From contig JAQGDQ010000096.1 in assembly GCA_030141605.1 (NCBI GenBank), forward strand, positions 248,001-312,000: a stretch of 64,000 bases of DNA, in the 5' to 3' direction. Under the pieces are notes generated by a model. It saw only the letters and a program-made list of their open reading frames with translations. It ran no database searches and had not been told where the DNA came from. How positions within the stretch are numbered: the stretch's first letter is position 1; each line of letters starts with the position of its first letter. The stretch comes from Tubiluchus corallicola. Taxonomy: Eukaryota; Animalia; Priapulida. Position numbers and translations under genes: made by a program. Shown piece by piece: positions 27,901 through 40,600 of the stretch.

Positions 27901-28258
27901 TTGCACTGTTAAAAAATGAAATTAAGGATAAATTACATTCTATTACAAAGTGGCTATATTACATTCACATCAATGAAATAACATTTTTTTTAAATTATAT
28001 CTGTGTGTCGTATGCTAATGTAATGACTAATGGTTTAACATGAAAAATGGTCTCCATGGTCTAATGTTTTCATACGAGTAAGAGAAATCAACAGAAAATT
28101 TGATGCTACTTTTGATACATCTAAACTATCTAAAATTTAAATTCTTTACTCACATCAGGGTCGTCCCACTGTATTTCCTGTCCCTTTTCATCTGGTCTAA
28201 GATTTCTATTTCTTCCCATTAATTCATCGAGCAACTGAGCAGCCGCTAAACTCGCCAT
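18944..28258 (-). CDS. LUC7L3: Luc7-like protein 3 (CROP), U1 snRNP-associated splicing factor, 11 coding exons, about 456 aa
   Basis: Exons 28258-28154, 27046-26980, 25688-25649, 25051-24913, 24038-23961, 23090-22995, 21841-21680, 21378-21131, 21041-20730, 19532-19486, 19020-18944 (1371 nt, all GT-AG). MASLAAAQLLDELMGRNRNL, ZnF1 VCQKFLCGFCPNELFINTRADLGPCEKIH, ZnF2 MEVCRVCGAFLIVGDAQSRIDDHLMGKQH, then RE- and RS-rich domains. The last two exons are less certain. Confidence 0.96.
20302..20463. mobile_element. Short Tc1/mariner-pogo-type MITE (CAGTCAAACC family)
   Basis: Termini tagtcaaaccactttatac / ttataacgaagtttgattg-TA, same terminal motif as 53679-54453 and as the end at 24681. Confidence 0.6.
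24560..24681. mobile_element. Terminal fragment of the CAGTCAAACC MITE family
   Basis: Ends ggcattataacgaggtttgactg-TA, with an upstream subterminal copy gaggttgtcattataatgagg. The other terminus was not located. Confidence 0.5.
26407..26728. mobile_element. MITE (CACTCATATCTCGGTTTGCC-type TIR), copy 1
   Basis: Termini cactgatatctctgtttgccgg / ccggcaaaccgagagtg-TA; internal blocks (aatcggacaaaatctg, gtttacatcatta, ttagtattggcaaa) are shared with 57233-57655. Confidence 0.75.
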
Positions 28259-28623
28259 TTTGCCAAAACCTGATGTAAAAGAATTATTCGATTCACATCC
28301 AGAATACAGTTAAAAATTTACTATTTTTGCTTGATTTATGGCAAATTATATTTTTACCTGCGAAAATTTAAAATATTCTGCAACAAAACAGAGTACTAGC
28401 AAAAATATTTGCTGCTTATATTCATGTAATATATATGAAAAGTGTTCAATAAACAAAGCAAATAAATTAATTACCGCGTTGCGCAATCAACGTAATGCGC
28501 ATGCGTATGTAATGTCCGTCTCACACGAGGTTTTGGACTTTTTGTTACGTTGGAAAATTGTGTAGATTTTTATATAGTTTGGAAATAAATTACTGCCAAA
28601 ATAATTTTGGCAAGCAACTGAAT
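28259..28623. promoter_or_regulatory. Bidirectional promoter region shared by LUC7L3 and eRF3
   Basis: Divergent ATGs with 365 bp between them; local CpG cluster with TTGCGCAA (28479-28486) and an NRF1/Ewg-type TGCGCATGCG motif (28496-28505). Confidence 0.75.
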
Positions 28624-31600
28624 ATGGATCATAATCCTACAGAAAACGCAGAAGTTAATTCGTGGGAAGAAAGGGGCGACGTGGAGTCTGGTCGAACTGA
28701 CGCCGTGACTTCCAAATTGGGAAATACGTTTTCCAGTCTCAACGTGGACGCCGCACCATTTGTGCCTAGTTTTGGAAATTTCGGGCAAACGAATTCTGCT
28801 GGACAGGGTATGACTTCTATCTTACTGGTCTTCGTTTTGTTCTTGCGGTTACACTCACCTTATGATGTCACCTACAGTAGCATTTCATCATTTACAATAG
28901 CATATTCATCAATTTTGGAACCACTAATAACGCAACAAAATAGAATAGTAAAATTAATAATAAGAAATATGGTCATGCTATGTCATCATATAAACAATTA
29001 GGCTTGTTAAAGATTGCGTATTTTTACAAGCAATTATAAATTCTAGAGTGAAGTAAATGGATTTGTTTTGAAAAAAAGTTTATTGATAAATGTAATTGGG
29101 CTTGTTACTATCAGCTCACACTGATTATTTAATACTCATATCTAACATACATTCCCTCTTCAGAAAAGCTGTTTGCATCTTTTTGTTGAAAGATGTCACT
29201 CTAGATATGGATGTAGTTTATAATCACACACTATTTTGTAGTTGTGGAATTCCATAGTAACAGAGATCACCACAATTTCCCCAATATATAAAAACTATAA
29301 AGAAATGTTAGTTTCAAAGTATTAAAGCTGTATTTAGCTAAATAAGTAGAAAAATTTAGCAATATTAAGCCATTAGCTAAAATAATGCTTACTGCTTATC
29401 TGTACCTGCTGCTTTACTATATATTTTTTAATTTAGATGTTAATTAGCATCTGTATTTTGTTGATTTAGTTGTATCATTTGCTTTGCAAAGTTCTGCTTG
29501 TTTTTTTGTTTTTGTTTTGTTGTCTCACTGTTTATTGCTTGCTTACATTTTGCATGTTATTTTGCTGTATAGTCTCAATTGCTGCTTTTGCACTCGTATT
29601 ATTTTATTCATTTTTCTTTTTTGTGGTACAGTTTTGCAATTAGCAAAATTTTGATTTTGGTTTGTTAATTATTTTCATTTAGCACTTTGCTGATGCTGTT
29701 TCCACTTTATTTGTTATTTATTATTTTGGCTAGAAATTTAGTCTAGATATAATTGCTACTGTCACTACCACCCTAAAAGTACTGATTGCAGTGTCACATA
29801 AAACAATCATTGAAAAATATCATAGTAAGGGACAAATGATGTGGTGACCATTTTTGCCTTTCCTTGCCCTGCCTCCTAAATGATTTTTTTACTTTTTTGA
29901 TCACACAGATAAGAATAACATAGATGGAGAAAATAAATTATCCATGTTTACATTTGTAAATGATTGAATAATAAAAATTCAAACTAAAAATATCCATAAG
30001 TTGCAGCAGCACATTGAAAAGCGAAACTAAAATCTGTTTTTAATAATGGCAAGTTTGGCACAACATATGCTACTTACATTTATTATCTATACAGTGTACA
30101 CTGGTTATAATGTTACTATAATTATACACTGCTTAAAAAAATTGGGCTAAAATTTACAATTTTCCACACACAAGAAATTAGTTCATTAAGCAGAGCAAGG
30201 TTAGGGTTGGGTATTTAATTTGTGTGGGGAATTGTAGATTTCATCCAAGAACTGGTCAAAAAAATTTTCAGATATTCACCAGTAACGTAAGTGTTAGCTT
30301 CATTATACATTTTGTTGCATAGCTAGAATCTTGGCAAAACCATTTTTGTATCTAAACACGGAAGAATGCATACAGTTACTTTTTAACAGACTTGTGCAGG
30401 TACACGTTTATTAAAGCAGTTTGAATGGAACAGGAATTACATATAAATTAATACTGAATTAACAATTAGTAGCTTGATTGTTTTGTAACCTACCTGCAGT
30501 AACTAGTAAGTCTTGGCCAATTACGATTGAAAATTCTGCTGTAATTGTCATTGTCATCGTATAAAAAAAAGGCTGAATTATTGGAAGGACAGTGACAGCA
30601 TTTAACTGTTTAAATAGTGATGAGATAGAAAAATTGATTATGCTAAACTGAGGAAATAAATAAATAGAGATCCAACTGAGAAAACAAGACTGGAAGCACT
30701 ATTTTGCTTGGATCTGCCACTGAGATACTGTTTACTGACAATTTTGTATCAAATATAATTTTGAAGAGCGAAAAGATTCCATCGAATCTTTTCCTAATGA
30801 TAACCTTCGAATTTATAGTCATGTGCCAGTTATCCTATAGGCCACAAATCCTGATACAATCCGACCTGTATGTAAACGCCTTAAATTGCACATAAGTACC
30901 ATTTTGGCTTCTGTAGACCACAGTAGGAGCCATATTGGAAATACATAACCATTACGAATTGCCTACGAAAAGATAGTGCATTATAACACCACAATGTATG
31001 ATTCTTTGGCATAGTTTATTAAAACCCGGATGTGGTGATGATGCCATATTGGGAAAGTAAAAATTTAAATTTGTCGCAGTCTGGGCAATGGTTCGTAACG
31101 CTTCATGCAAAATTTTAGTTTTCTATGATGAAAACTTTGACCTGTGATAGATTTTAATAATGAACGTGACAGTAACACCAACAACAACACGACCAATAAC
31201 TAGGGATCTGTGCACTTCTTACTAGGAAACAATGGCTTACAACATTTTAAAGAAAAAAATCATTTTTTAATGTACCTTAAGGCTTAAGTGTTGCTGGAAA
31301 TGAATGAGAGACCACCAGGATCACCCATACACATCCTTGCTCCTTTGAAGCCATTATACAAAACAACCACAAGTCTACTAAAACTGTATCACTAATCAAA
31401 TTGGATCAACACAATGATGTCCTCAAGATGATTTAGTATCAGCGGTCCACTGCTTTTGTATTAACTGCCAATGTCAAGGAGGCACAGGAGGTTACTGCTA
31501 GATTTACTACCTCCTTTGAAGAAAACCAACAAGCCTTTAGTAAAAGCCGAGTCGATGCAATGAAATGAATATCGATAAGTAATATTTTAGAATTTAGAGA

Positions 31601-34600
31601 AAATTTTTAATGAATCAAAACCTTACTTACAATTTATCGAAACTGTAACATACTGTGACTTTTGTTAGAAAGCATAGTTTTATAAAACTGCCTGTTCGTA
31701 TTTTTTATGTGCAGCTGTGTATTTGAACATCCATATATTAATTTGACATAAACATTTCCTTATTGTGATGTTTTGCAGCCACACTGCCTATACAAGAAAC
31801 TGCTCCAAGTCAGGAACTTACTGCTGATTCTGGTGAGTGTGGTGATGAAATGGCAGGAGTCAAGAATGATAAAAATGACAAGGGTGACGGTAAGTGTTTA
31901 TTTTTTGTTTTATTTTTTCTAATGTTGACAAACTGTAGCACATAAGTGATAGAAGTTTCTTGTCTATAAAAGTAGCATCATTTTTTGTGTTTCGCATAAA
32001 GGATTTATGAAAAATTTGTTTTGATTTCTAGTGCATTAGTTCATTTGTAAATTAATTATACTAATTAAAGAAAGCACAATCTATCATTTGAAGTAGTGTC
32101 GCTGATTTACTAATGCCTGCCATTAGGACTTTTGCTAAAAAGGTTATTTGGTAACTAAACCTGTTTTTTTTTATATTTAGGCGTGTCCATTGATTCAAGT
32201 TCTGAAGGTAAACAACTTAGTTATGTGACTTTATCCATTCTTTGTTTTCTCTTTTTGTTGCACTGATATTGCGTATTTACTTACATTGGATTCTGAATCC
32301 TGTACCACCAATTGTGGCTAAGTCATTTCTCTTAGTCTTAGATAAGGACTAAGATATTTCAGTATCTCATTTTGGAGGATCATCTTCCTAATGTCTTATT
32401 AGCTTCTGATACTGCTGCCTTGATCAACATTATATCCATTGAGTGCTGGGTACTGGTTGACAGTATGGCTACAGTTTGAGAGTTTTTGAATTTTTCACTT
32501 CTTACAGAGTCTTGGGAAGCGCAAGCAGAAGACAGTGGAAATGGCACGCCCGATGTTGAAGATGAAGGAGAGTCTAGCAGTGCAGATGCTGTACCTAAAG
32601 TTAGAAAGAAACCACCACCTGAAGCAATACCACAAGTCAAGAAAGAACATATAAATGTTGTCTTCATTGGCCATGTTGGTAAGACATTATTTTGATATAT
32701 TGGATATTTTAACAGTCCTTCAGTTTTTTATAAATTTATTTAAAAATTAGTAAGAACCTAATGACAGTTTGGTGGACGAGCTTCTGATTTTTTAGAATTT
32801 TAGTGCATCAAATTTAGCTTGACTATATATGTCTACTGCAGACAATCTTAATTTTACACAACCTTAATTTCTGCTGTATGGTATGGTAGTTGTGATGAAT
32901 GAGCATGGTAGTGATGGTAGTTGTGATGAATGAGCATGGTAGTGATGGTAGTTGTGATGAATGAGCATGGTAGTGATGGTAGTTGTGATGAATGAGCATG
33001 GTAGTGATGGTAGTTGTGATGAACGAGCATGGTAGTGATGGTAGTTGTGCTGAATGAGCATGGTAGTGATGGTAGTTGTGATGAATGAGCATGGTAGTGA
33101 TGGTAGTTGTGATGAATGAGCATGGTAGTGATGGTAGTTGTGATGAATGAGCATGGTAGTGATGGTAGTTGTGCTGAATGAGCATGGTAGTGATGGTAGT
33201 TGTGATGAATGAGCATGGTAGTGATGGTAGTTGTGATGAATGAGCATGGTAGTGATGGTAGTTGTGATGAATGAGCATGGTAGTGATGGTAGTTGTGATG
33301 AATGAGCATGGTAGTGATGGTAGTAGAAAAACTTCAAATGAAGAGTGGAAAAAAACTCCTGAGTTACTGATTAAGACTTTACCACAAGATGAATGTTATT
33401 AATAAATTAGCTGCAAAGAAAATTTAAAATCAAATTAATGAGTGACTTATGAAACAACTTAAATTTTGAGGGAAATTCAAGTGCATTTCGATTTATTGGT
33501 GCTGTTAGCTGAGACATTTTTTTAGAATACCAGGAATTAAAACACTAAAATGACAGAATTATTATATTATTTATTATTATCATATTATATTATTTACCTA
33601 TTAATACCTTGAAAACCACTAATTTACTAAAACAACAATTCCAGATACAATTACTGGTGGGTATTGTTCAGTTATAGAAAACTAGAAGTAAGATGAGATA
33701 AATAACTGTTGGCCAATAACAGCTGAAATGTTGGTCAACCATATGTAAAAGCTGGTGCAGCTCATTCATTCAAATGAATGACATTTCTGCAGCACTTGGC
33801 AATTACAGCAAAATAATAATAACAATAATAGTTTCTTTACATTTGAGATAGATAAGCGATCTCCAAAGTTCATATATCTATTGGAAGTGGTCTACGCATA
33901 GAGAAAAAAACACCCAGGAATCTCATTTTATTTAGCATCAGCATTAAAAATAAATACAATTTTTATTTACTATCTGCTTAGAAAAAAGTTTATTATAAGT
34001 ACATGACTATTCACTAATTAATAATTTATCTCGCTGACGATTTATTGCTGCACTCAGTAATCTGTTCATATAAATTCACTGACTTATAGTCACAGAAAAC
34101 CCGAAAGTCACACAAAATTGACTGATTGGTGATGTTGAAATGCAAAGTAACACAACCAAACTATAAGCTCTAAACTTGGAAAAGAAAATTTAGGAAAACC
34201 TTTATGATTTTTTTGTCCTAATGTGCAAATAAGTTACCCGAGAAGAAAGACTCCTGTAAACTTTTCAGTCAAAATTTTACTCCTGTTTTATAACATACTG
34301 GTTACTAAAATTCGGTTAGGTATAAATATATTAAAACTCAATTGTCTTTTGTCAAATTGTCAGGAAGCTTGCCGTATTGTTAAGTAACTTGGAGTCATAA
34401 ACTGGTTGAAAGTTCTTAAATGTAATGGCTTCATAAGTCAAAAGCGTTGCGTGAATTGCAGAATATTGTCTTTAATCTGCCGCATTAGAGCAGCTGAGTG
34501 CAGTCGCGCACCACCCCCTATGCTACCTGCTGTGTTCCCAGACAATTTTTTCCATGTTGTCTAGCACCGTCGATGGGCGATTCTATTTCCTGCAAAGGGA

Positions 34601-37600
34601 AGGGAAGTTCTATATCACTGCGATCGCTTTTTACACTATGTTTCTGTCGAGGTAACAATTGGTGGCAAATCAGGAAAAGGGGAGGTTGTGACTAAAATCT
34701 CAATTAAAAATTCTAAATCGAGAGAGTTGTACTGTCTGGTATTTAATGTAACTGATGCAGATCTAGGCTACAATTATGCATTGTAATTCAACTTCAATGA
34801 AACTGTCTATTGCTTGTACCCAAGCCTTACGTTGTTTTAAAGCCAACTCTTACATCCTAGCTAATTATTAATATGTTAATTTAGAAATGATGTAAAAGAA
34901 ATGCTTACCACATATGCACTTCTGCATACTGAAGTCCAACTGATGTATTAACAGTACACTAAAGTCATATGATCGGATATCCATCATGCTAAGGCAATAA
35001 AAATAAATACTGATGTGCTGAGAACTGAAATTAACACCATGAAAAATCTCAACAGTTTAGTAATTACTAATTAGTAAAACACGTAAACACAATGTTAGTT
35101 ATTATCTCTCACTGCAGAGTTACTACAGCATTAAACAATGGCTCAAACAAACCACGTGATGCATTCACAGGTAACTGTTGACCGAAAACCCAAGTTGAAT
35201 GAACGGCGGCATTTCTCTCACGGATAAGCCTGGGATAAAAAACAATGCTGCTGCTAATTGTGATTGGACAGGTTTTGACGCTCCTTCAAGCTTCCTGTCT
35301 AGATTGTAACAAGTGTTTACACATTGGAAAATATCGTGAATCCATACAGCTCCGTCGCTTGTGTAATGATTTTGTTTCGCAAAACCTATAGCCTATCGAC
35401 ATTATAATACAATATGAGTGTAACTTGTTAATAAATATTAGCAATAATAATTAATTATTAGAAATATTTTCAAGTGCTTTTTACATCTTTTTATTTTTTA
35501 GAAATTAGCAGTGCATGTGTTGTATGTATGGAAAGCACGCCACTGTTAAAAACATTGCCACTCAGATATTTTTATTTTATTTCAGATGCTGGAAAATCAA
35601 CCATTGGTGGACATATGATGTAAGTATAATGGGATTGTCATTAAATCGTTAAATAGACTTCTTAGGAACACAAAAAGTTTTTTTTTACAAAAATGTGTCC
35701 ATATATTGTAAAAAAAAGATGGTTACCAGGATATAGTTATCTAGGTTTTACTATAATGCATTGGAATTCTCTTATTCATTGTCTGATGTTGTAGTAGATA
35801 CTAAATTCTAAATTCTTGGTTACATTATGCTGATGAGTGGTTATGTATTTGTATTTTAGCAAATAAATTCATAGACCCATTCACATTTGTTGAGCATTTA
35901 ATACTGTAAACTGTCGACACATCAGTTGCTTTAGCAAAGTTAAAAGAGGCCATTGTACATTTATTTACTGTCTTCTTATTTAGGTTAAACATTTATTTTA
36001 GCATACTATTCTTATAAATGCAATTTTGTCAATCTGTGTTATGTGCCATATTTCTCTTTTATTTCACAAATTTCTTGATTGGTTGTTTTTCGTCCACACT
36101 GTTTTACTTTATGCGTTAATATTTACATACAGTTCACATTATACACAATAGTTATGATAAATTATTCATTCTATAAGTTGAATATTATTCACTCTTGTTG
36201 CACTCTTGCTCTTTGTTGTACATTGAAGTTTTCTTAATTTTCTCTTGTGGTATTCATTATTGCTTGATAAGCTTTGTTTTTTTGCACTTTCCCAATTGTT
36301 TGAACATTAATTGGCTTTGAAACAATGTTTATGTATTTAATTTCTTACAGGTACTTGACAGGAATGGTCGACAAACGAACGTTAGAAAAGTATGAAAGAG
36401 AAGCAAAGGAAAAGAATAGAGAAACATGGTACCAAATATATAGCATTTCCATAATTGTAATGAAGAGAAGCCAAACTCAATTTAATTAAATTTTTATATC
36501 TAACTCCAAAAAAGAGGAAATGCGAAAAGATTATCAAAGGAAAGTCAACAACTTGTCATTTGCTAAATACACTGAGTTAATGGTACTTCATTTACATGTA
36601 GCTATTATAGAATTTTAGAATTGGCAGTTGTAGAAATTTGTTGCAAAGTTTTACAGGATTGTATAATAAATTTCAGTAATCACAAACTAGGTAAGGTCTG
36701 TTATTTTTTATTAATATGTAACAAACTTGAATACAGCTTTCACCCCCACATGATTATTATGTGACTCATCTAAACCATAATTTACGTGATTCTAGGTACC
36801 TCTCATGGGCATTAGACACAAATCAAGAAGAACGAGACAAAGGAAAAACAGTCGAAGTTGGAAGAGCTTTTTTTGAAACTGAAAATAAACACTTTACTAT
36901 CTTGGATGCTCCTGGTCACCGGAGCTTTGTACCTAATATGATTGGTGGTGCTTCACAAGCAGATTTGGCTGTTTTGGTTGGTATAATAGAATATATTTAG
37001 TTTTACAAATACATTTGCTGTTTTTTGTGAATTTGAAAACCTATCTTTGTACAACAACTGTATGAATAAAAATAAAATATATTTTATTTTTGCTGAACTG
37101 TGTTTTAGGTAATTTCAGCACGTAAGGGTGAATTTGAAACTGGATTTGAGCGTGGCGGACAGACAAGAGAGCATGCCATGTTAGCTAAGACTGCTGGAGT
37201 TAAACACCTAATAGTTCTAATTAACAAAATGGATGATCCTACTGTAAAATGGTCTGAAGACAGGTAGGCACAAAGTTGTGTGTGTGTGTGTGTGTGCGTG
37301 CGTGCGTGCATATGTATATGTAACGGTAAAGGTGGCAACCAAACCCAAAAAATTGTGCTGTCAGAAAATGTCAGCACAGTGGCACACGGAAATTTTTGGA
37401 CTATTATATTTACTTGAAAAATATGCAAATAGTTTTAGATGAAGTTGTTTGTGGGCAGAACTCACCATTAATTTACACATAACAGGTCAGTATCACCTAG
37501 TTTAATAGTGAATTTAATAGTGATTTTAAGGCATAGAATTTTTTGTTTATGATGATTTAAGTTATCCCTGTCTGAATAAACAATTGTGGAAAAGGTTTTC

Positions 37601-40600
37601 TGAAACAAAAAATGCTATGCTGTAATTTTTGAGGTTAAAATTTATAAAATAAAAAAATCATGGCTTGCTTTTCGGATCTATTGCTGGAAATCTTATATTC
37701 TCTGTAAAAAGGAATCAGCAATTTTGGTTGTAGGTTATTGCACATTATTTGTTTAAACTTTTGTTATTATGTTACCTGTGTACAACACCTTTCGGATTTA
37801 ATTTCAGCATCACCTTCAATTTATTTTGTCTCCATTTACACTCTGTATTGAACATTCATACTTACTTAACATTTACCTGTTGTCAATTCATGGTGCTTTA
37901 GTAATTCTTTTGTTTGCTCATTATTTTTAGATATAACGAGTGCAAAGATAAACTAGTGCCATATCTTAAAAAGGTTGGTTTTAATCCAAAGACTGACCTG
38001 TTCTTTTTACCAGTATCAGGGATCACGGGTGCATTCTTGAAAGACCCACCTCCTGAAAGCATCTGTCCTTGGTATAGGTGAGTTTTAATGCTGAAACAAG
38101 TGTTCCGTCATCATGTAACAGTGTAACAACATAATTTAAGTACCGCTTGCATAAGAATAAAAGTTTACATTTGTTCCGCTTAATAATTCTTTGAAATTAA
38201 TGACTTTTTGTAGTGCAGCAAAATTGCAGTTTTGTTCAGAGAAGTTCGTTTTATATTGTGCCGGATAGTCATTGCTTGATGTCATTTTATGTTGGTAAAG
38301 ACTCTAGTTTATTGCACCAAGCAAAAAATTATATCAAAAATAGAACCAATAAGAAACATATCATTACTGCGGAACATATAACTGCTTCTCTGCTTGAATA
38401 CATTAATTTAGATGTACTCAACATTTTAAAAACAGATAAGGTAGTGTTGAAAATAATAGTGTTTTAACAATTATTTACAATATTTTCGTATTAGAGGCGT
38501 GAGTGGGAAACTTAAATATCACGGTTTAATCTGCTACGATAAAAGAGTAGCAACATGTCATATGTTCACAGAGTTAATCAAGCTTTTTAGACACGACTTG
38601 TGCGTTATGGTGCATTTGACAACAGTATGTATGCAAAATTATTTGACCATTTTATATCTACTAATATAACCTAAGTGATTATGTTTTTGTTTTGCAGGGG
38701 CCCATGTTTTATATCATATGTAGATAGTTTACCTTCGATGAGCCGCAAAGCAGAGGGACCGGTACGGATGCCAATTGTTGACAGATATAAGGTTAGTTTT
38801 AACTTTAATTTCAGCTGTCAAAATAAAGAGAGTATTGTAATACACAACTAAAGTAATTCATTTGATTGCAAGGAAAATGTACTGAGCCAGTTAGGAACAA
38901 CTATTAATTACATCAATATATTGCAGTTTCTTTTTGGACCAGGGTTTTTTTTTTATTCTTTTTGTGTCAAATTGCAGAAAAAGTGCGCAAATTGGATGCA
39001 GCATTTATTGTTCAAATAGCAACTTAGTGGGAATTACAAGCTTCGGCTTCTGATAGACTGTGCTCTATACTACTAAAAATGATTACTTCATTAGAGATGT
39101 GTTTGTCATTACTGTATTTATAGATAATAATTAAAAACAATTTGCATCTATCTGCATATTAAATTAGTTACATGATTTTTGAAATTGAAATCTTCCTTTT
39201 CAGTTTTTGATAGTAGTGAAGCTGATTAACTGTATTTGAAAATAAGTGTATTTAAATTTATTGAACAGCTTACAATGTAAATAAATAATAATAATGATGA
39301 TGGCAATGATAATGACTAAGATGATGATCACTAAGAACAACAACAAGAGCAACAAGAATCTGTCACATGACAACTTGTGCATAAATGTGAAAAAAGGCAT
39401 AATTCATTTAAAGCTAGAAAACTCTACTCCACCAGATGTAGAAAACAACAATGTAATCATTAACAACAATTTCTTGTTTGAAATCTTTAATTAAGTTTAT
39501 ACTATTGTCCCTTTTTGTGAGGGTGATTTTGAAATTTTGTAATTCGATACCACGTCTAATCTTTCACGGGGATTTTTTGGTGTTTTGGCCCATAGATTTG
39601 GTGCAGCTTTCATCGCTGTCTGTCACTGCCACTTTTGTACTCACAAACTATATTTATAGACACGACACTCGTTAACTGTTCTGTGACTACGTCATTGCAC
39701 ACGTCACGTGCCAAAGGAATTTTAAGCCTCCAGTTGTGGTTAGCAGTATGGTACATTTCATAAGGCGAGAAAAACGATGAAAAAACTTTTTATTTATTTG
39801 TGCTAAAACACTGCCTTTTAGTCAGTGCGTAACGTGTATATTTTGCTCTCGATTAATTGAATTATTGTTCAATTGACGATTATATCAATTTATACATGGT
39901 TGTAATTGTGATTAATTCAATGAATCTAGTAATGGCCCATCAGTAGTCCCTTTCATTTTTGTGAACATGTTTATATTTTCATGTCTGCTCTTTGTGTGTG
40001 ATTGCAGGATATGGGTACAGTTATACTAGGCAAAATAGAATCTGGAAAAATTACACGAGGATCTTCATTATTGCTAATGCCAAATAGGGTGAGATGCTTT
40101 TCCTTCAAAATGAGCTGTGAGGCATTGTCTTAATGAGAGAGTTATTATTGATTTGCTGCATTTGTATAAAAGAATCAGTTCTAAAAACATAATGCAGAGT
40201 AATTGTGTCCAACTTGTACAGAAAAATGTTTGTTCATCTCACTTTTTAGAGGTTTACCTGCTCTTTTTCTTTGACACGTGTAGACCTGCACATAAGTAAC
40301 TGAAAGCTCTCTTGCTGTTGACGAACCTAACTAGTGACTTGTAACTGCTAAGCCTGCTGGCATATATAATTTTCTTTCTTCATTTTCAAAAAAATTCGAG
40401 CTATAGCTCACAATGTTTACTATACTAGGGGGTACCCAGTACTTTCTAGTATGGTTGAGTTAATCTGGAGACTCAGAAACTGAAAATTTTAGGCAGCACT
40501 TAGAGTTTTTAAATGACATGAATTGAAACTGTATGAATGTGTTAAAAAATTTTCCAGGTTCTTTTTGTATCAGTTTTCGTGTTGCTGTCATTTACAGACC

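Noticed and set aside
32823-33337. His/Thr-rich 151-157 aa ORFs in three minus frames
   Set aside because: Produced by a stop-free 31-bp tandem unit; antisense within an eRF3 intron.
36429-36800. Intron starting GTACCA with next exon starting GTACCT: U12 intron or recent intron gain
   Set aside because: Does not match the U12 GTATCCT consensus, and a 5-nt echo is too short to show a duplication origin.
37549-37575. C/D box snoRNA (ATGATGA...CTGA)
   Set aside because: Boxes are only about 16 nt apart with no terminal stem.
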